From positions 2,822 to 66,821 of the forward strand of contig CAZZCA010000002.1 in NCBI GenBank assembly GCA_964653055.1: a DNA stretch of 64,000 nt. The letters run 5' to 3'. A program made the translations under genes and the position numbers. This DNA is from an uncultured Desulfobulbia bacterium (GTDB lineage: Bacteria > Desulfobacterota > Desulfobulbia > Desulfobulbales > SURF-16). Shown here one piece after another: positions 1 to 8,686 of the stretch. The notes beneath the pieces are model-generated. The model saw only the letters and a list, made by a program, of their open reading frames with translations, was not told the DNA's origin and did not search any database. Numbering within the stretch: position 1 is the first letter of the stretch; each line of letters begins with the position of its first letter.

Positions 1-284
1 TTAGCGGCAAGATCGCTAAAACTGTATTTGAAGAGATGATGGCAACCGGCAATGACCCTGCCCGGATTGTCAAAGAGAAGAACCTGGTCCAGATGAGTGA
101 TGAGGGTGATCTGCTGGCCATTGTTCAGGGGATTATTGCCGCCAACCCTGGTCAGGCCGAGGATTTTCGCGGGGGCAAGACCAAGCTCATGGGCTATTTT
201 GTCGGTCAATTGATGAAAGAGACCAAGGGCAAGGCCAATCCTAAAATGGCCAATGAGCTTTTTTCCAAAGAATTATTGCAATAG
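1..284 (+). CDS. gatB: Asp/Glu-tRNA(Asn/Gln) amidotransferase subunit B, C-terminal fragment (5' end outside window)
   Basis: Frame is open from the window edge ([13 protein letters not shown]...). It carries the GatB/YqeY-type C-terminal tail [23 protein letters not shown]. Stop TAG at 282-284. Confidence 0.85.
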   Translation, partial: SGKIAKTVFEEMMATGNDPARIVKEKNLVQMSDEGDLLAIVQGIIAANPGQAEDFRGGKTKLMGYFVGQLMKETKGKANPKMANELFSKELLQ

Positions 285-365
285 TTTTTAGCGCTTGTGG
301 GTCATAAAGGCAAGGTCTCAGCTTAGAACTGCAGATCCCTGGACTGGTAGGTTTGTTAAGGTTCG

Positions 366-390
366 ATATTGTAAGGAATTATTGCAATAT
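366..390. promoter_or_regulatory. Imperfect inverted repeat ATATTGTAA-N7-TTGCAATAT (possible regulator/enhancer-binding site)
   Basis: 8 of 9 arm positions are complementary. It is centred ~85-95 bp upstream of the candidate -24/-12 element, in an AT-rich stretch. Confidence 0.3.
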
Positions 391-459
391 TGGGTTTATT
401 TGGACGATGTTCGTTTTTTAGACATTTGATGTGATTTTGTGCAGAATGTTTATCATAAT

Positions 460-475
460 TGGACATGGAATTGCT
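460..475 (+). promoter_or_regulatory. Candidate sigma54 -24/-12 promoter element
   Basis: TGGACATGGAATTGCT has GG and TTGCT at the exact consensus spacing of TGGCAC-N5-TTGCW. There are 4 mismatches in the -24 flank (consensus positions 4-7). It lies ~250 bp upstream of radC. Confidence 0.3.
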
Positions 476-724
476 TGGCGACATGGGAAATTTAGGGAGA
501 TAGGTTCGAGCCGTCTGCCAACAGAGGGGCTTGTTGCAAAATTATATTGCCGCCTTTGCCCTGGTTAGGCGTCAGGTTGCTGGTGAGTTTGAGCGAGGGG
601 TTTATCGAGGCACTTTGTACATGGTATGGATGTTTTGCGGGCTATGGGCCAGCGCTTATCAGTCGAGCCTGTTCGCTTCCCACCGCTGGATGAGTTGTCG
701 GATGAGTGAGAGGACAATGAGGTA

Positions 725-1453
725 ATGGTGTCCGGGAAAAATCAGCAAAAAAAGGGAGAAGGGCATAGGGAGCGGCTCCGTGATAAATTTCTGAAGCGGG
801 GTATAGGGGCCTTGAACGACGACGAGGTGCTGGAGCTGCTTCTTACTCTGGGAACCCCCCGGCGGGACTGTAAGGAGGCGGCCCGGGCTTTATTAAAGCG
901 TTTTGGCTCCCTTGCACAAGTTCTGGATGCGTCCCCTGATGCCCTGCAGGAAGTGCGCGGGGTTGGTCCCCATAACTCCTTTGCCATTGGTTTTATTCAG
1001 AGTGTTGCCCGCCGTTATCTTGATCAGCGCCTGCTTCAGCGAGATTATCTGCGCTCGTCCAGAGATGTTGCCGCTTTTCTTAATCACCAGATGCGCCATC
1101 TCCAGAAAGAGGTGTTCATGGTGCTCTTCCTCGATTCTTCTTTGGCTATTCTCGGGGCGGAGACGCTGTTTGAGGGGACTTTGGCCACCAATGTGGTTTA
1201 CCCCCGGGAATTGGTTAAAATGGCCATGGAGCGCCATGCTGCGGCCATTGTCATTGCCCATAATCACCCTTCCGGCAATCAGACCCCGTCAGCAGCAGAT
1301 CGGCAATTGACCAGTAAGCTTTTTTTGTCCTGCCAGCTCATGGATATCCGTCTTCTTGATCACCTTATTATTGGTCATGAGGATAAACCTTATAGCTTTG
1401 CTGATCACGGGCTTATGGCCGAGATCAAAGAACAATGTCGAAAGATCCTCTAA
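725..1453 (+). CDS. radC: RadC-family JAB/MPN domain protein (UPF0758)
   Basis: 242 aa with an N-terminal HhH-like region and the C-terminal JAMM signature AHNHPSGNQTPSAADRQLT. Confidence 0.9.
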   Translation: MVSGKNQQKKGEGHRERLRDKFLKRGIGALNDDEVLELLLTLGTPRRDCKEAARALLKRFGSLAQVLDASPDALQEVRGVGPHNSFAIGFIQSVARRYLDQRLLQRDYLRSSRDVAAFLNHQMRHLQKEVFMVLFLDSSLAILGAETLFEGTLATNVVYPRELVKMAMERHAAAIVIAHNHPSGNQTPSAADRQLTSKLFLSCQLMDIRLLDHLIIGHEDKPYSFADHGLMAEIKEQCRKIL

Positions 1454-2616
1454 GCCGGCCTGGCCAGCCTTCTTGTCTGGAAGCTGCTGCCTTTTATCTC
1501 CATATCCCCTACTGCCGGAGTAAATGCCATTATTGTTCGTTTAATTCCTTAGTTTTGGCTGGTCAGGACATTGCCGCCTATATCAGGGCCCTGGGGCGGC
1601 AGGCAGGAATGATGGCAGAACACCCTCTCGCCAGAGACCTTGTCTTTGAAACTCTGTTTGTCGGCGGCGGAACCCCTACAATTGTTCCGGCTTCTCTTCT
1701 TGCCGATTTATTGACTCGAATCAAAAATGATTTTTCTTTTACCGACCAGGTCGAGATTTCCATTGAGGCCAATCCCAATAGCCTTGACCTTGCTGACCTT
1801 GCCTTATTGCGTCGGGCCGGGGTAAATCGGCTCAGTATCGGGGTTCAGTCTTTTGATGATGATATTTTGCAGATCATTGGTCGTAGCCATACGGCCCATG
1901 AAGCCCGCAAGGCTGTTGCTCTGGCCCGGAAGGCTGGTTTTGCCAATATCAGCCTTGACCTGATATATGGACTGCCCGGACAGACGCCAGAGCTTTGGCG
2001 CCATAGCCTGCTTGCCGCCCTGGAGCTTGAGGTGGAGCATCTTTCTCTTTATCAATTAATGGTGGAGGAGAAAACGCCCCTTGCTCGTATGCTAAATCAG
2101 GGACATCTTGTTCTGCCGCAAGAGGATGCGGCCGTCGCCATGGACGAGATCAGTAGCGAGCTCCTGGCGGGTCATGGCTATGAGCGTTATGAAATTGCCA
2201 ATTATGCCAAGGCCGGATATCGCTGCCGTCATAATATGGTTTATTGGCAGAACAGGAATTATATAGGCCTGGGTGCCGGTGCAGTTTCCTGTGTGGGTGG
2301 TTTGCGTTTTAGCGGAATTAAATCACCGGATGATTTTATAATGGACCTTGTTGACAATAAACAGCCTGTTAGCCATGTAGAAGCCTTGTCTCGAGAGGCC
2401 AGGCTGCGGGAAACCATGATCATGGGCCTGCGGATGATTGATGGTTTGTCCATCTCTGAAATTGAAAGGAGGCTTGGTCTGAACCCTGCGGCGTATTACG
2501 GTGCTGAGCTTCAGCAATTAATTGAAAAGGGGTTGCTGGTTATGGATGAAGATCAGCTTCGGCTGACCCGTCAGGCTATGCCCCTGGCCAATCAGGTATT
2601 ATGTCAATTGGTTTAA
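1435..2616 (+). CDS. hemW: Radical SAM heme chaperone HemW (oxygen-independent coproporphyrinogen III oxidase-like)
   Basis: 393 aa with the radical SAM motif YLHIPYCRSKCHYCSF and a HemN-like C-terminal domain. Overlaps the radC 3' end by 19 nt. Confidence 0.9.
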   Translation: MSKDPLSRPGQPSCLEAAAFYLHIPYCRSKCHYCSFNSLVLAGQDIAAYIRALGRQAGMMAEHPLARDLVFETLFVGGGTPTIVPASLLADLLTRIKNDFSFTDQVEISIEANPNSLDLADLALLRRAGVNRLSIGVQSFDDDILQIIGRSHTAHEARKAVALARKAGFANISLDLIYGLPGQTPELWRHSLLAALELEVEHLSLYQLMVEEKTPLARMLNQGHLVLPQEDAAVAMDEISSELLAGHGYERYEIANYAKAGYRCRHNMVYWQNRNYIGLGAGAVSCVGGLRFSGIKSPDDFIMDLVDNKQPVSHVEALSREARLRETMIMGLRMIDGLSISEIERRLGLNPAAYYGAELQQLIEKGLLVMDEDQLRLTRQAMPLANQVLCQLV

Positions 2617-2621
2617 ATTAA

Positions 2622-5600
2622 TCAGATGGGGAGGATGTGGATTTCTTCCTTGGTTTGGTGGCCGCCCTGGAGAAGCAGACCCTGGCGACCATCAATGCTG
2701 ATCTGGTCGCCAAAACGGATGGTGTGGCCGTTGATCAGGCATTTTTCTTCATTTTCATAAACCTGGAGGGCCCGGCAGCCTACCAGACAGGTTTTTTCCA
2801 GGCGAATGGTCACCAGAGAGGCGTGGGAGGTCTGGCCGCCACGGGCGGTGAGGAGCCCATCGGCGGTGGAGATTTCCCGGATGTCTTCCGGTACGGTATC
2901 CTGCCTGATCAGGATCAGGGGGCTGTCTGGCGCTTTCCGGCGCAATTCCTTAATATTTTCCCTGTTGAAAACCGCCAGCCCGGACAGGGCACTGCCGCTT
3001 ACCCCGAGTCCTTTGCCCAGCAGGTTCTGGTCAACGGCCTCCTGGTCGGCAAAGACATTGAACCTTTCCTTTTTCTTAATGGTCATCATGTCCCTGGTCT
3101 GGAGGATATAAAGACCCGATTCTTCCGGGCTTTCAAAGGTAAATTCCAGCTCCTGCGGGTTCCATTGTTTTTTATAAACAAGGTCCCGGGCGATATCGAG
3201 TAATTTGCGATAAATGGCTGGAAATCGCCGTTCCAGGGTGTTGGCCACCGGTCGGCCGTCGATTTCGGCCTGTTCCACAGAAATGGCGTAGGTGCTTACC
3301 AGGCCGCTGACAATATCCTCGCCCTGGTCACCGGGAGCGTAATCGCCCCAGAGGGCCACCCTGCGCACTTTGCGGTAGGGATGGGCGGTGAAGACTACGC
3401 CGCTGCCGGAATTGCGGTTGAGGTTACCGTAAACCATGGCCTGGACAATTACCGCAGTGCCCCAGGAATCGGAGATATTCATCAGGTGGCGGAAGCCCTT
3501 GGTTTTTGCCGAATCCCAGGAGATCAGAACTATTTCCAGGGCACCGATGAGCTGCTGCCATGGATCTTCCGGAACCTTGATTCCAAGCTCTTCTATTTTG
3601 GTTTTATAGCTTAGGGCCAGCTCCTGCATCTGGGTCGGGGTAAATTCTTTTTTTACCTTAACACTGTGCCGTTCCTTGGCTTCGTTCATCAGGTTCTGGA
3701 AGATCTCCCGTTCGACCCCATGGCCCATGGCCCATGACTGGAGGAAGCGGCGGAAATTATCCCAGGCCAGATATTTCTGGCCGGAGCTTGCGGCAAAACC
3801 CCGGACAATTTCTTCGTTCAGCCCTACATTATGAATGGTGGCCATCATGCCCGGCATGGAAATAGAGGCTCCGCTGCGGACGGAAACAAGCAGAGGTTTA
3901 TGGGGGTCCTGGAAGAGGCGTCCGGTTTTTTTCTCCAGTACCTTTAACGATTGCAGGACCTGGTCCATAAACTCGTCCCGGGCTGCCCGGTACTGTTTTA
4001 CCACCGACCAGCAGCGGAAAATCTCGGTGGTGATGATGAAGCCTGGGGGTACTGGTTTCTGGTCTGCTGCCAGCTGGCTCAGGTTGAAGCCTTTATTGCC
4101 CAGGAGAATGATATTGCGGGCATGGGGGCTTTTTTGGCGCAGGTGGTGGATGACTTTTTCCGGATTATAGGTCATCAACAGGTCCAGCCGTTTCTGATCC
4201 AGGAGCTCTTTCTGCCGCTCCAGGGTCTGGTAGATTCTGGTAATGAAATTGTCGAGATGCTGCAGGCCGAAGGTCTGGGCGATGAGGTCCCGCATAAAGG
4301 TTTCGGAAAGACGGTGGATGGTCTCCTGCTGGTTTTCGTCCTCTTTTTCTTTTTCCTGCCAGAGATTCCGGTACCTGGCCAGCAGATTTTCCACACCGAT
4401 CTGGGGAATGATGATGGAGAGATTATTCTGGTGGACATTGGTGTAATAGGCGTAGATCAGGTCTTTTACCCCCTCTGACAGGCTGCGGAAAATGTCCAGG
4501 TATTGGGTATAGGAAAAGCGTTTGATCCCGAGGGAGTTGGAGAGCAGGGAAACCGAGGTTTCCAAACGGCGGCTGGTGATCCCGTCGATTTTCAGGGCCC
4601 GGAGATAGAGGCGCAGGCATTTGAGAATCCGGAGAAAGGTGGCCCGGGTAATCAGGGTCAGATTAATGGTGGAGGGCAGTTGCTCCAGAAAGATATTGGC
4701 CAGGCTCTCCAGGCGGAAGGAAAGCCCCAGGGCGTTAAATTTGCGCTCGTTATAGCAGCCGTAAACCGAAGGGATATCCACTGCAATATGACGTTTATAA
4801 TAGATGTCTTCTTTGGGCTCAAAGGTCTCCGAGCTTAAGATAATCTTCTTTAGTTTTTCCAGGTTGGTCAAGAGGGAGTTTAAGCATTGAACCGTGTCGC
4901 AGATCTCCAGATCGGCCAGTAATTGTTCCATTTCCGGAAAGCCGCCATTGGCAGCCTGCTCCAGTTGCAGGCGCAGTTCCTGGTAACCCAGGTTGTATTT
5001 CTGGTCCAGCAGCCGGTACATTTTAATCAGCAGCTGGAACCTTTTTATCTCCCGGGGATCAAGATCTTCCTGCCAAGAGAGAAAACGGTTAAGCCGGGAA
5101 TCGTCCCAGAGCAGCAGGTCTTCGCATTTGGTTATCTGGGGCTCCCGGAAGATGCGTCGGGCCAGACGATTAAGATCATTGACAAAAAGTCCATTTTCCG
5201 GGATCTGCTCCAGGATTTCCGGCGGCAGGTAGTCTTTAAGTAGGTTTTTATCCCGGCTATGCCAGAAACCGAGGATGGCCCTGATAAAATCGACAATCAG
5301 GTTGGAGCTCTCCACATGGCTCTGTTTTCGGAGGAAATGGATGAGCAGGTCTTTACGTTTGTGGATCTCGTCGATCTCAGTGGAAACATCCCTGAGCTGC
5401 CCTTCTGCTCCGATCTCATTGAAGAACACCGGCATCAGTTTGGCGAATTGTTTTACCAGGTTATAGACAGGTTCGATGGGATGGTTGAGCAGGCGACTGA
5501 TGTCACGCTGGAAAAGGTCCGTGTCTTTAACGCAGGTACCGGAAAGTTTCAGGTTGATGATCAGGGCGGAAAAAAGGGTGGCGCACCATTTGGGTTCCTG

Positions 5601-6869
5601 CATGATCAGGTTGAGCCAGACCCGGATATTAGCCAGATGGGATGGGTTGGTTATGGGCTGCCAGTCTTCATCTACCCCGGTAACATTGGCGTATTGGAAG
5701 CCGAATCGGACGGTTTCCCATAAAAATGTTTCCACCAGCCGGCTGCTGCCCCGGTTAAATACTTCAGCCCCCAAAACCTGGATACACTGGAGGGCGGTAT
5801 GGGGATAGCGGCTGATATTTTCCTTCAGCAGCTCCAGGGTGGTGAGGAGAAATGATTTAATCTCATCATAGGTCTGCTGGCGGATGAGCTGGACCAGGCT
5901 GCGGTTGATCTCCCGCAGGCTTTCTTCGTGGATGAGGTGGAGGCCGGGGGTACGCATGATCCGGAAGAGAAAGAGCAGTCGCCGGTTTTCGGCGAAACGG
6001 TCATTGTCCTCCGGGCCGGGCTGGCCCAGGGAAGCAAGTCGGGGTGGTATTTCCCGGTAGAGGCGGACAATATCGATATGGGCCGGCATGGCCAATAACC
6101 TGTCCAGTTCTTCCGGCTGGCCGGATAGCTCAATTTTCTGGAGAAAAGCCAGCTGACGGCTGATCTCTTCGTGGGAAATCGAGTTGAAGAGTTTGCCGGC
6201 ATCCCAGTCATTGCACATGTCCTGACATTGGGAAAGGAACCAGGGCAGGGGGTTTTCCTCTTTAAGCCAGTAGCGGTAATTAAGTTCAAGGACTTTCTGG
6301 AAAAGAAGGGTAAGCGGCATCAGGTTGACAGCAACACCCGTCTGCCGGCAGCGCTGGCTCAGGAGCTGGCTGATTTTTTTAATGGGGTGTTGACCCTGGG
6401 CAATGAGAAGTAGAAGGTCGTCATTTAACTGGTGAATTCTGGTAAAGAACTCGGTGAGGGCCTGGTCAAATTTATTCAGCTCAGGGCCGGCGGTTATGGT
6501 GAGGACCTGTTCGGCGTAGGCCAGGATTGATTCAGTGGCCAGGTTCAACAGGGTATCGTTTTTGCGGATGTCGGTGAGGGCAAGAAAGAAAAGTTCGTTG
6601 AAACACCTAAAGGATTCCGGCCCCTTGGGGCTGCGACAATAAAGTTCGGCATTACCCAGGGCAAAGGTACGGAGCCGTGGCAGAATCAGCTGCCAGTTGC
6701 GGTAGGGATGGTAAATTTCAGTAAGAATTTCTTCCAGAGAGGAATGAATCCCCCGGTAATTGACAACCTCGGCAAGAAGCAGGTTCATTGCCGGATCGAT
6801 TATTACCTGGTCAACAGCGGTCTCCTCCAGGTTGGCCTTAAGGGCGGCGGAATTAAACTTTTTGGTCAT
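2622..6869 (-). CDS. Large dikinase-like protein: uncharacterised ~900-aa N-terminal region + PPDK-type nucleotide-binding (ATP-grasp) domain + PEP-utilising-enzyme phospho-His swivel domain; no PEP/pyruvate TIM-barrel domain
   Basis: 1415 aa. Residues ~920-1265 carry PPDK N-terminal motifs: GNKGFNLSQL, PVPPGFIITTE, LLVSVRSGASISMPGMMATIHNVGLN, EDPWQQL, GTAVIVQAMVYGN, SGSGVVFT, GEDIVSG, LEFTFE..LYILQTRD. Residues ~1285-1415 are the swivel domain (ILIRQDTVPEDI, TARGGQTSHASLV; His codon at 2823-2825). The ORF stops 66 aa after the His. Confidence 0.8.
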   Translation of the reverse strand: MTKKFNSAALKANLEETAVDQVIIDPAMNLLLAEVVNYRGIHSSLEEILTEIYHPYRNWQLILPRLRTFALGNAELYCRSPKGPESFRCFNELFFLALTDIRKNDTLLNLATESILAYAEQVLTITAGPELNKFDQALTEFFTRIHQLNDDLLLLIAQGQHPIKKISQLLSQRCRQTGVAVNLMPLTLLFQKVLELNYRYWLKEENPLPWFLSQCQDMCNDWDAGKLFNSISHEEISRQLAFLQKIELSGQPEELDRLLAMPAHIDIVRLYREIPPRLASLGQPGPEDNDRFAENRRLLFLFRIMRTPGLHLIHEESLREINRSLVQLIRQQTYDEIKSFLLTTLELLKENISRYPHTALQCIQVLGAEVFNRGSSRLVETFLWETVRFGFQYANVTGVDEDWQPITNPSHLANIRVWLNLIMQEPKWCATLFSALIINLKLSGTCVKDTDLFQRDISRLLNHPIEPVYNLVKQFAKLMPVFFNEIGAEGQLRDVSTEIDEIHKRKDLLIHFLRKQSHVESSNLIVDFIRAILGFWHSRDKNLLKDYLPPEILEQIPENGLFVNDLNRLARRIFREPQITKCEDLLLWDDSRLNRFLSWQEDLDPREIKRFQLLIKMYRLLDQKYNLGYQELRLQLEQAANGGFPEMEQLLADLEICDTVQCLNSLLTNLEKLKKIILSSETFEPKEDIYYKRHIAVDIPSVYGCYNERKFNALGLSFRLESLANIFLEQLPSTINLTLITRATFLRILKCLRLYLRALKIDGITSRRLETSVSLLSNSLGIKRFSYTQYLDIFRSLSEGVKDLIYAYYTNVHQNNLSIIIPQIGVENLLARYRNLWQEKEKEDENQQETIHRLSETFMRDLIAQTFGLQHLDNFITRIYQTLERQKELLDQKRLDLLMTYNPEKVIHHLRQKSPHARNIILLGNKGFNLSQLAADQKPVPPGFIITTEIFRCWSVVKQYRAARDEFMDQVLQSLKVLEKKTGRLFQDPHKPLLVSVRSGASISMPGMMATIHNVGLNEEIVRGFAASSGQKYLAWDNFRRFLQSWAMGHGVEREIFQNLMNEAKERHSVKVKKEFTPTQMQELALSYKTKIEELGIKVPEDPWQQLIGALEIVLISWDSAKTKGFRHLMNISDSWGTAVIVQAMVYGNLNRNSGSGVVFTAHPYRKVRRVALWGDYAPGDQGEDIVSGLVSTYAISVEQAEIDGRPVANTLERRFPAIYRKLLDIARDLVYKKQWNPQELEFTFESPEESGLYILQTRDMMTIKKKERFNVFADQEAVDQNLLGKGLGVSGSALSGLAVFNRENIKELRRKAPDSPLILIRQDTVPEDIREISTADGLLTARGGQTSHASLVTIRLEKTCLVGCRALQVYENEEKCLINGHTIRFGDQISIDGRQGLLLQGGHQTKEEIHILPI

Positions 6870-6878
6870 CTAATACCT

Positions 6879-7886
6879 TTACAGGGCTTTTTCGTTTTCC
6901 ATATGGAGGATCAGGTCCAGCACCCGGTTGGAATAACCCCATTCATTGTCGTACCAGCTCATAATCTTGACCATATTGCCCTGGATAACCCTGGTGGACA
7001 TGGCATCTACCACCGAGGAGCAGGGATTGCCCTGGTAGTCGATGGAAACCAGGGGCTTGTCGGAAAAGCCAAGGTAGCGGTTGCTGGCTCCTTCCAGCTC
7101 CTGATTTACTTCGGAGACTGTGGTTTCCTGCTCCACCTCCATCACCGTATCAATTATTGAAACATTGGCGGTGGGAACCCGCACAGCCAGACCGTCGAAT
7201 TTACCCTTCAGTTCCGGAATAACCTTGGCAACGGCAGCAGCGGCCCCGGTACGGGTGGGGATCATTGACAGGGCAGCTGCCCGGGCCCGGCGCAGATCGC
7301 TATGGGGAAAATCAAGGATCCGCTGGTCATTGGTATAGGAATGGATAGTGGTCATCAGGCCCTTGCGCAGGCCAAAGCGGTTGAGAATGACCTTGGCCAC
7401 CGGCGCCAGGCAATTGGTGGTGCAGGAGGCGTTGGAAACAATGTGGTCCTTGCCGGGGTCGTATTCATGTTCATTAACCCCCATGACAATGGTTTTGACC
7501 TTGCCCTTGGCCGGGGCGGAAATAATAACCTTGGCCGCACCGCTGTCAAGATGGCCCTCGGCCTGTTCACTGCTGGTGAACAGCCCTGTAGCTTCGATAA
7601 TATACTCAGCTCCGGTCTCTGTCCAGGGGATGTCCCCGGGGGTCCGGTGGTTGGTTACCGGGATGAATTTGCCCGCCACCTTGATCCCGCCTGGCTCCGA
7701 ATCTACCTCTTGGGTCATGGTTCCCATGATGGAGTCGTATTTCAGGAGGTGGGCCAGGGTTTCGGTATTAGTCAGATCGTTGATGGCGACAACTTCAAGG
7801 TTCTGGAAAAGGGGGTCTTTGCCTATGGCCCGGAAGATACTTCTGCCGATACGACCAAAACCGTTGATGCCAATTGCGATTGTCAT
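6879..7886 (-). CDS. gap: Type I glyceraldehyde-3-phosphate dehydrogenase
   Basis: 335 aa with INGFGRIGR NAD-binding motif, active-site SNASCTTNCLAP, and WYDNEWGYS. Confidence 0.97.
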   Translation of the reverse strand: MTIAIGINGFGRIGRSIFRAIGKDPLFQNLEVVAINDLTNTETLAHLLKYDSIMGTMTQEVDSEPGGIKVAGKFIPVTNHRTPGDIPWTETGAEYIIEATGLFTSSEQAEGHLDSGAAKVIISAPAKGKVKTIVMGVNEHEYDPGKDHIVSNASCTTNCLAPVAKVILNRFGLRKGLMTTIHSYTNDQRILDFPHSDLRRARAAALSMIPTRTGAAAAVAKVIPELKGKFDGLAVRVPTANVSIIDTVMEVEQETTVSEVNQELEGASNRYLGFSDKPLVSIDYQGNPCSSVVDAMSTRVIQGNMVKIMSWYDNEWGYSNRVLDLILHMENEKAL

Positions 7887-8686
7887 GACTCCCTCCCCTC
7901 TTGTTGTTGGTTAAGCTGAAAGTTACGGGCTTCCCCATTGGCGGGATTAAGCTCCAGGGCTTTCTTATAGGTAGCGGCAGCCTCCTGCCACCACAGCCCT
8001 TCCTGGTAGCTTCTTGCGGCCTGGCAATAGCCTTCATCTCCCTTACCGGCGAAGATTTCGCTGAAGATGTCAGCCAGTGGTTCGGCCCATAATTCTGTGG
8101 CCATCTCTTCATGTTCCACCAGATAGCGCAGGAGGAGGCGGTTATTCTTTAACGATGGCAGGGTAATTCGCAGGAGATAATTGGCCCGGCCGAACATCAT
8201 GCCGATATCCTCAAGCTGGCTGGCGGCCTCTTTTAAGATCCGTTCCATTAAACGCTGACATTCAAAGCCGCAGTGGATGGTGGTTTCATCTGCCTCATGC
8301 TGCAGGCCCTGGGCCAGTGGCCCGTAATATTTATGAAGGTAGATATTTTCCTTCAGCTTCATTGCCTCGTGGAAGATGGAGCCGATGAGCCAGTCCAGGA
8401 GGTAGCCGTTGATTTCCGGCAGGGTTTCGCTTTGTTGCCAGAGCTGATGACAATGATCCTTGAGTAGCCAGAGGCTGCCTTTATTATTCTCGCTTCCCAC
8501 CAGCCGATCCAGATCCTGGTAGGAGATATGGCCGGAATGAAGATAGCGTTGATAGATGTCAAGAAACCCCTTCATGGTGTGGTGAAAACCACGGAAAAGG
8601 TTTTTGGTGAAATAGTCACGGCGGGCGCTGTACCAGCGATTCTGACCCTGACCTGGGTTATTGAGGATGGGCTCTATTTTCTGCAT
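7883..8686 (-). CDS. Hypothetical protein with C-terminal TPR-like segment
   Basis: 267-aa ORF. It overlaps the glgA-like stop by 13 nt and the gap start by 4 nt. Only the TPR-like tail (AATYKKALELNPANGEA) is recognisable. Confidence 0.6.
   Translation of the reverse strand: MQKIEPILNNPGQGQNRWYSARRDYFTKNLFRGFHHTMKGFLDIYQRYLHSGHISYQDLDRLVGSENNKGSLWLLKDHCHQLWQQSETLPEINGYLLDWLIGSIFHEAMKLKENIYLHKYYGPLAQGLQHEADETTIHCGFECQRLMERILKEAASQLEDIGMMFGRANYLLRITLPSLKNNRLLLRYLVEHEEMATELWAEPLADIFSEIFAGKGDEGYCQAARSYQEGLWWQEAAATYKKALELNPANGEARNFQLNQQQEGRES

Noticed and set aside
531-725. 64-aa ORF upstream of radC as a confident protein-coding gene.
   Set aside because: It needs a TTG start for the long form. 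The translation is Trp/Cys/Arg-rich and unprotein-like, with no Shine-Dalgarno sequence seen. It is kept only as part of the leader-region observation because its TAA overlaps the radC ATG.
725-1453. RadC/JAB protein as a marker of a mobile element or defence island.
   Set aside because: It overlaps the housekeeping hemW gene by 19 nt and is flanked by gatB. No integrase, toxin-antitoxin or anti-restriction genes are nearby. It looks like the chromosomal housekeeping-type radC.
2622-6869. Dikinase-like gene as a truncated PPDK pseudogene.
   Set aside because: It is a single uninterrupted 4.2-kb ORF with well-preserved catalytic motifs, a plausible start, and tight operon packing. A decaying fragment would not be expected to keep a 900-aa in-frame N-terminal extension. 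This still needs ortholog comparison.
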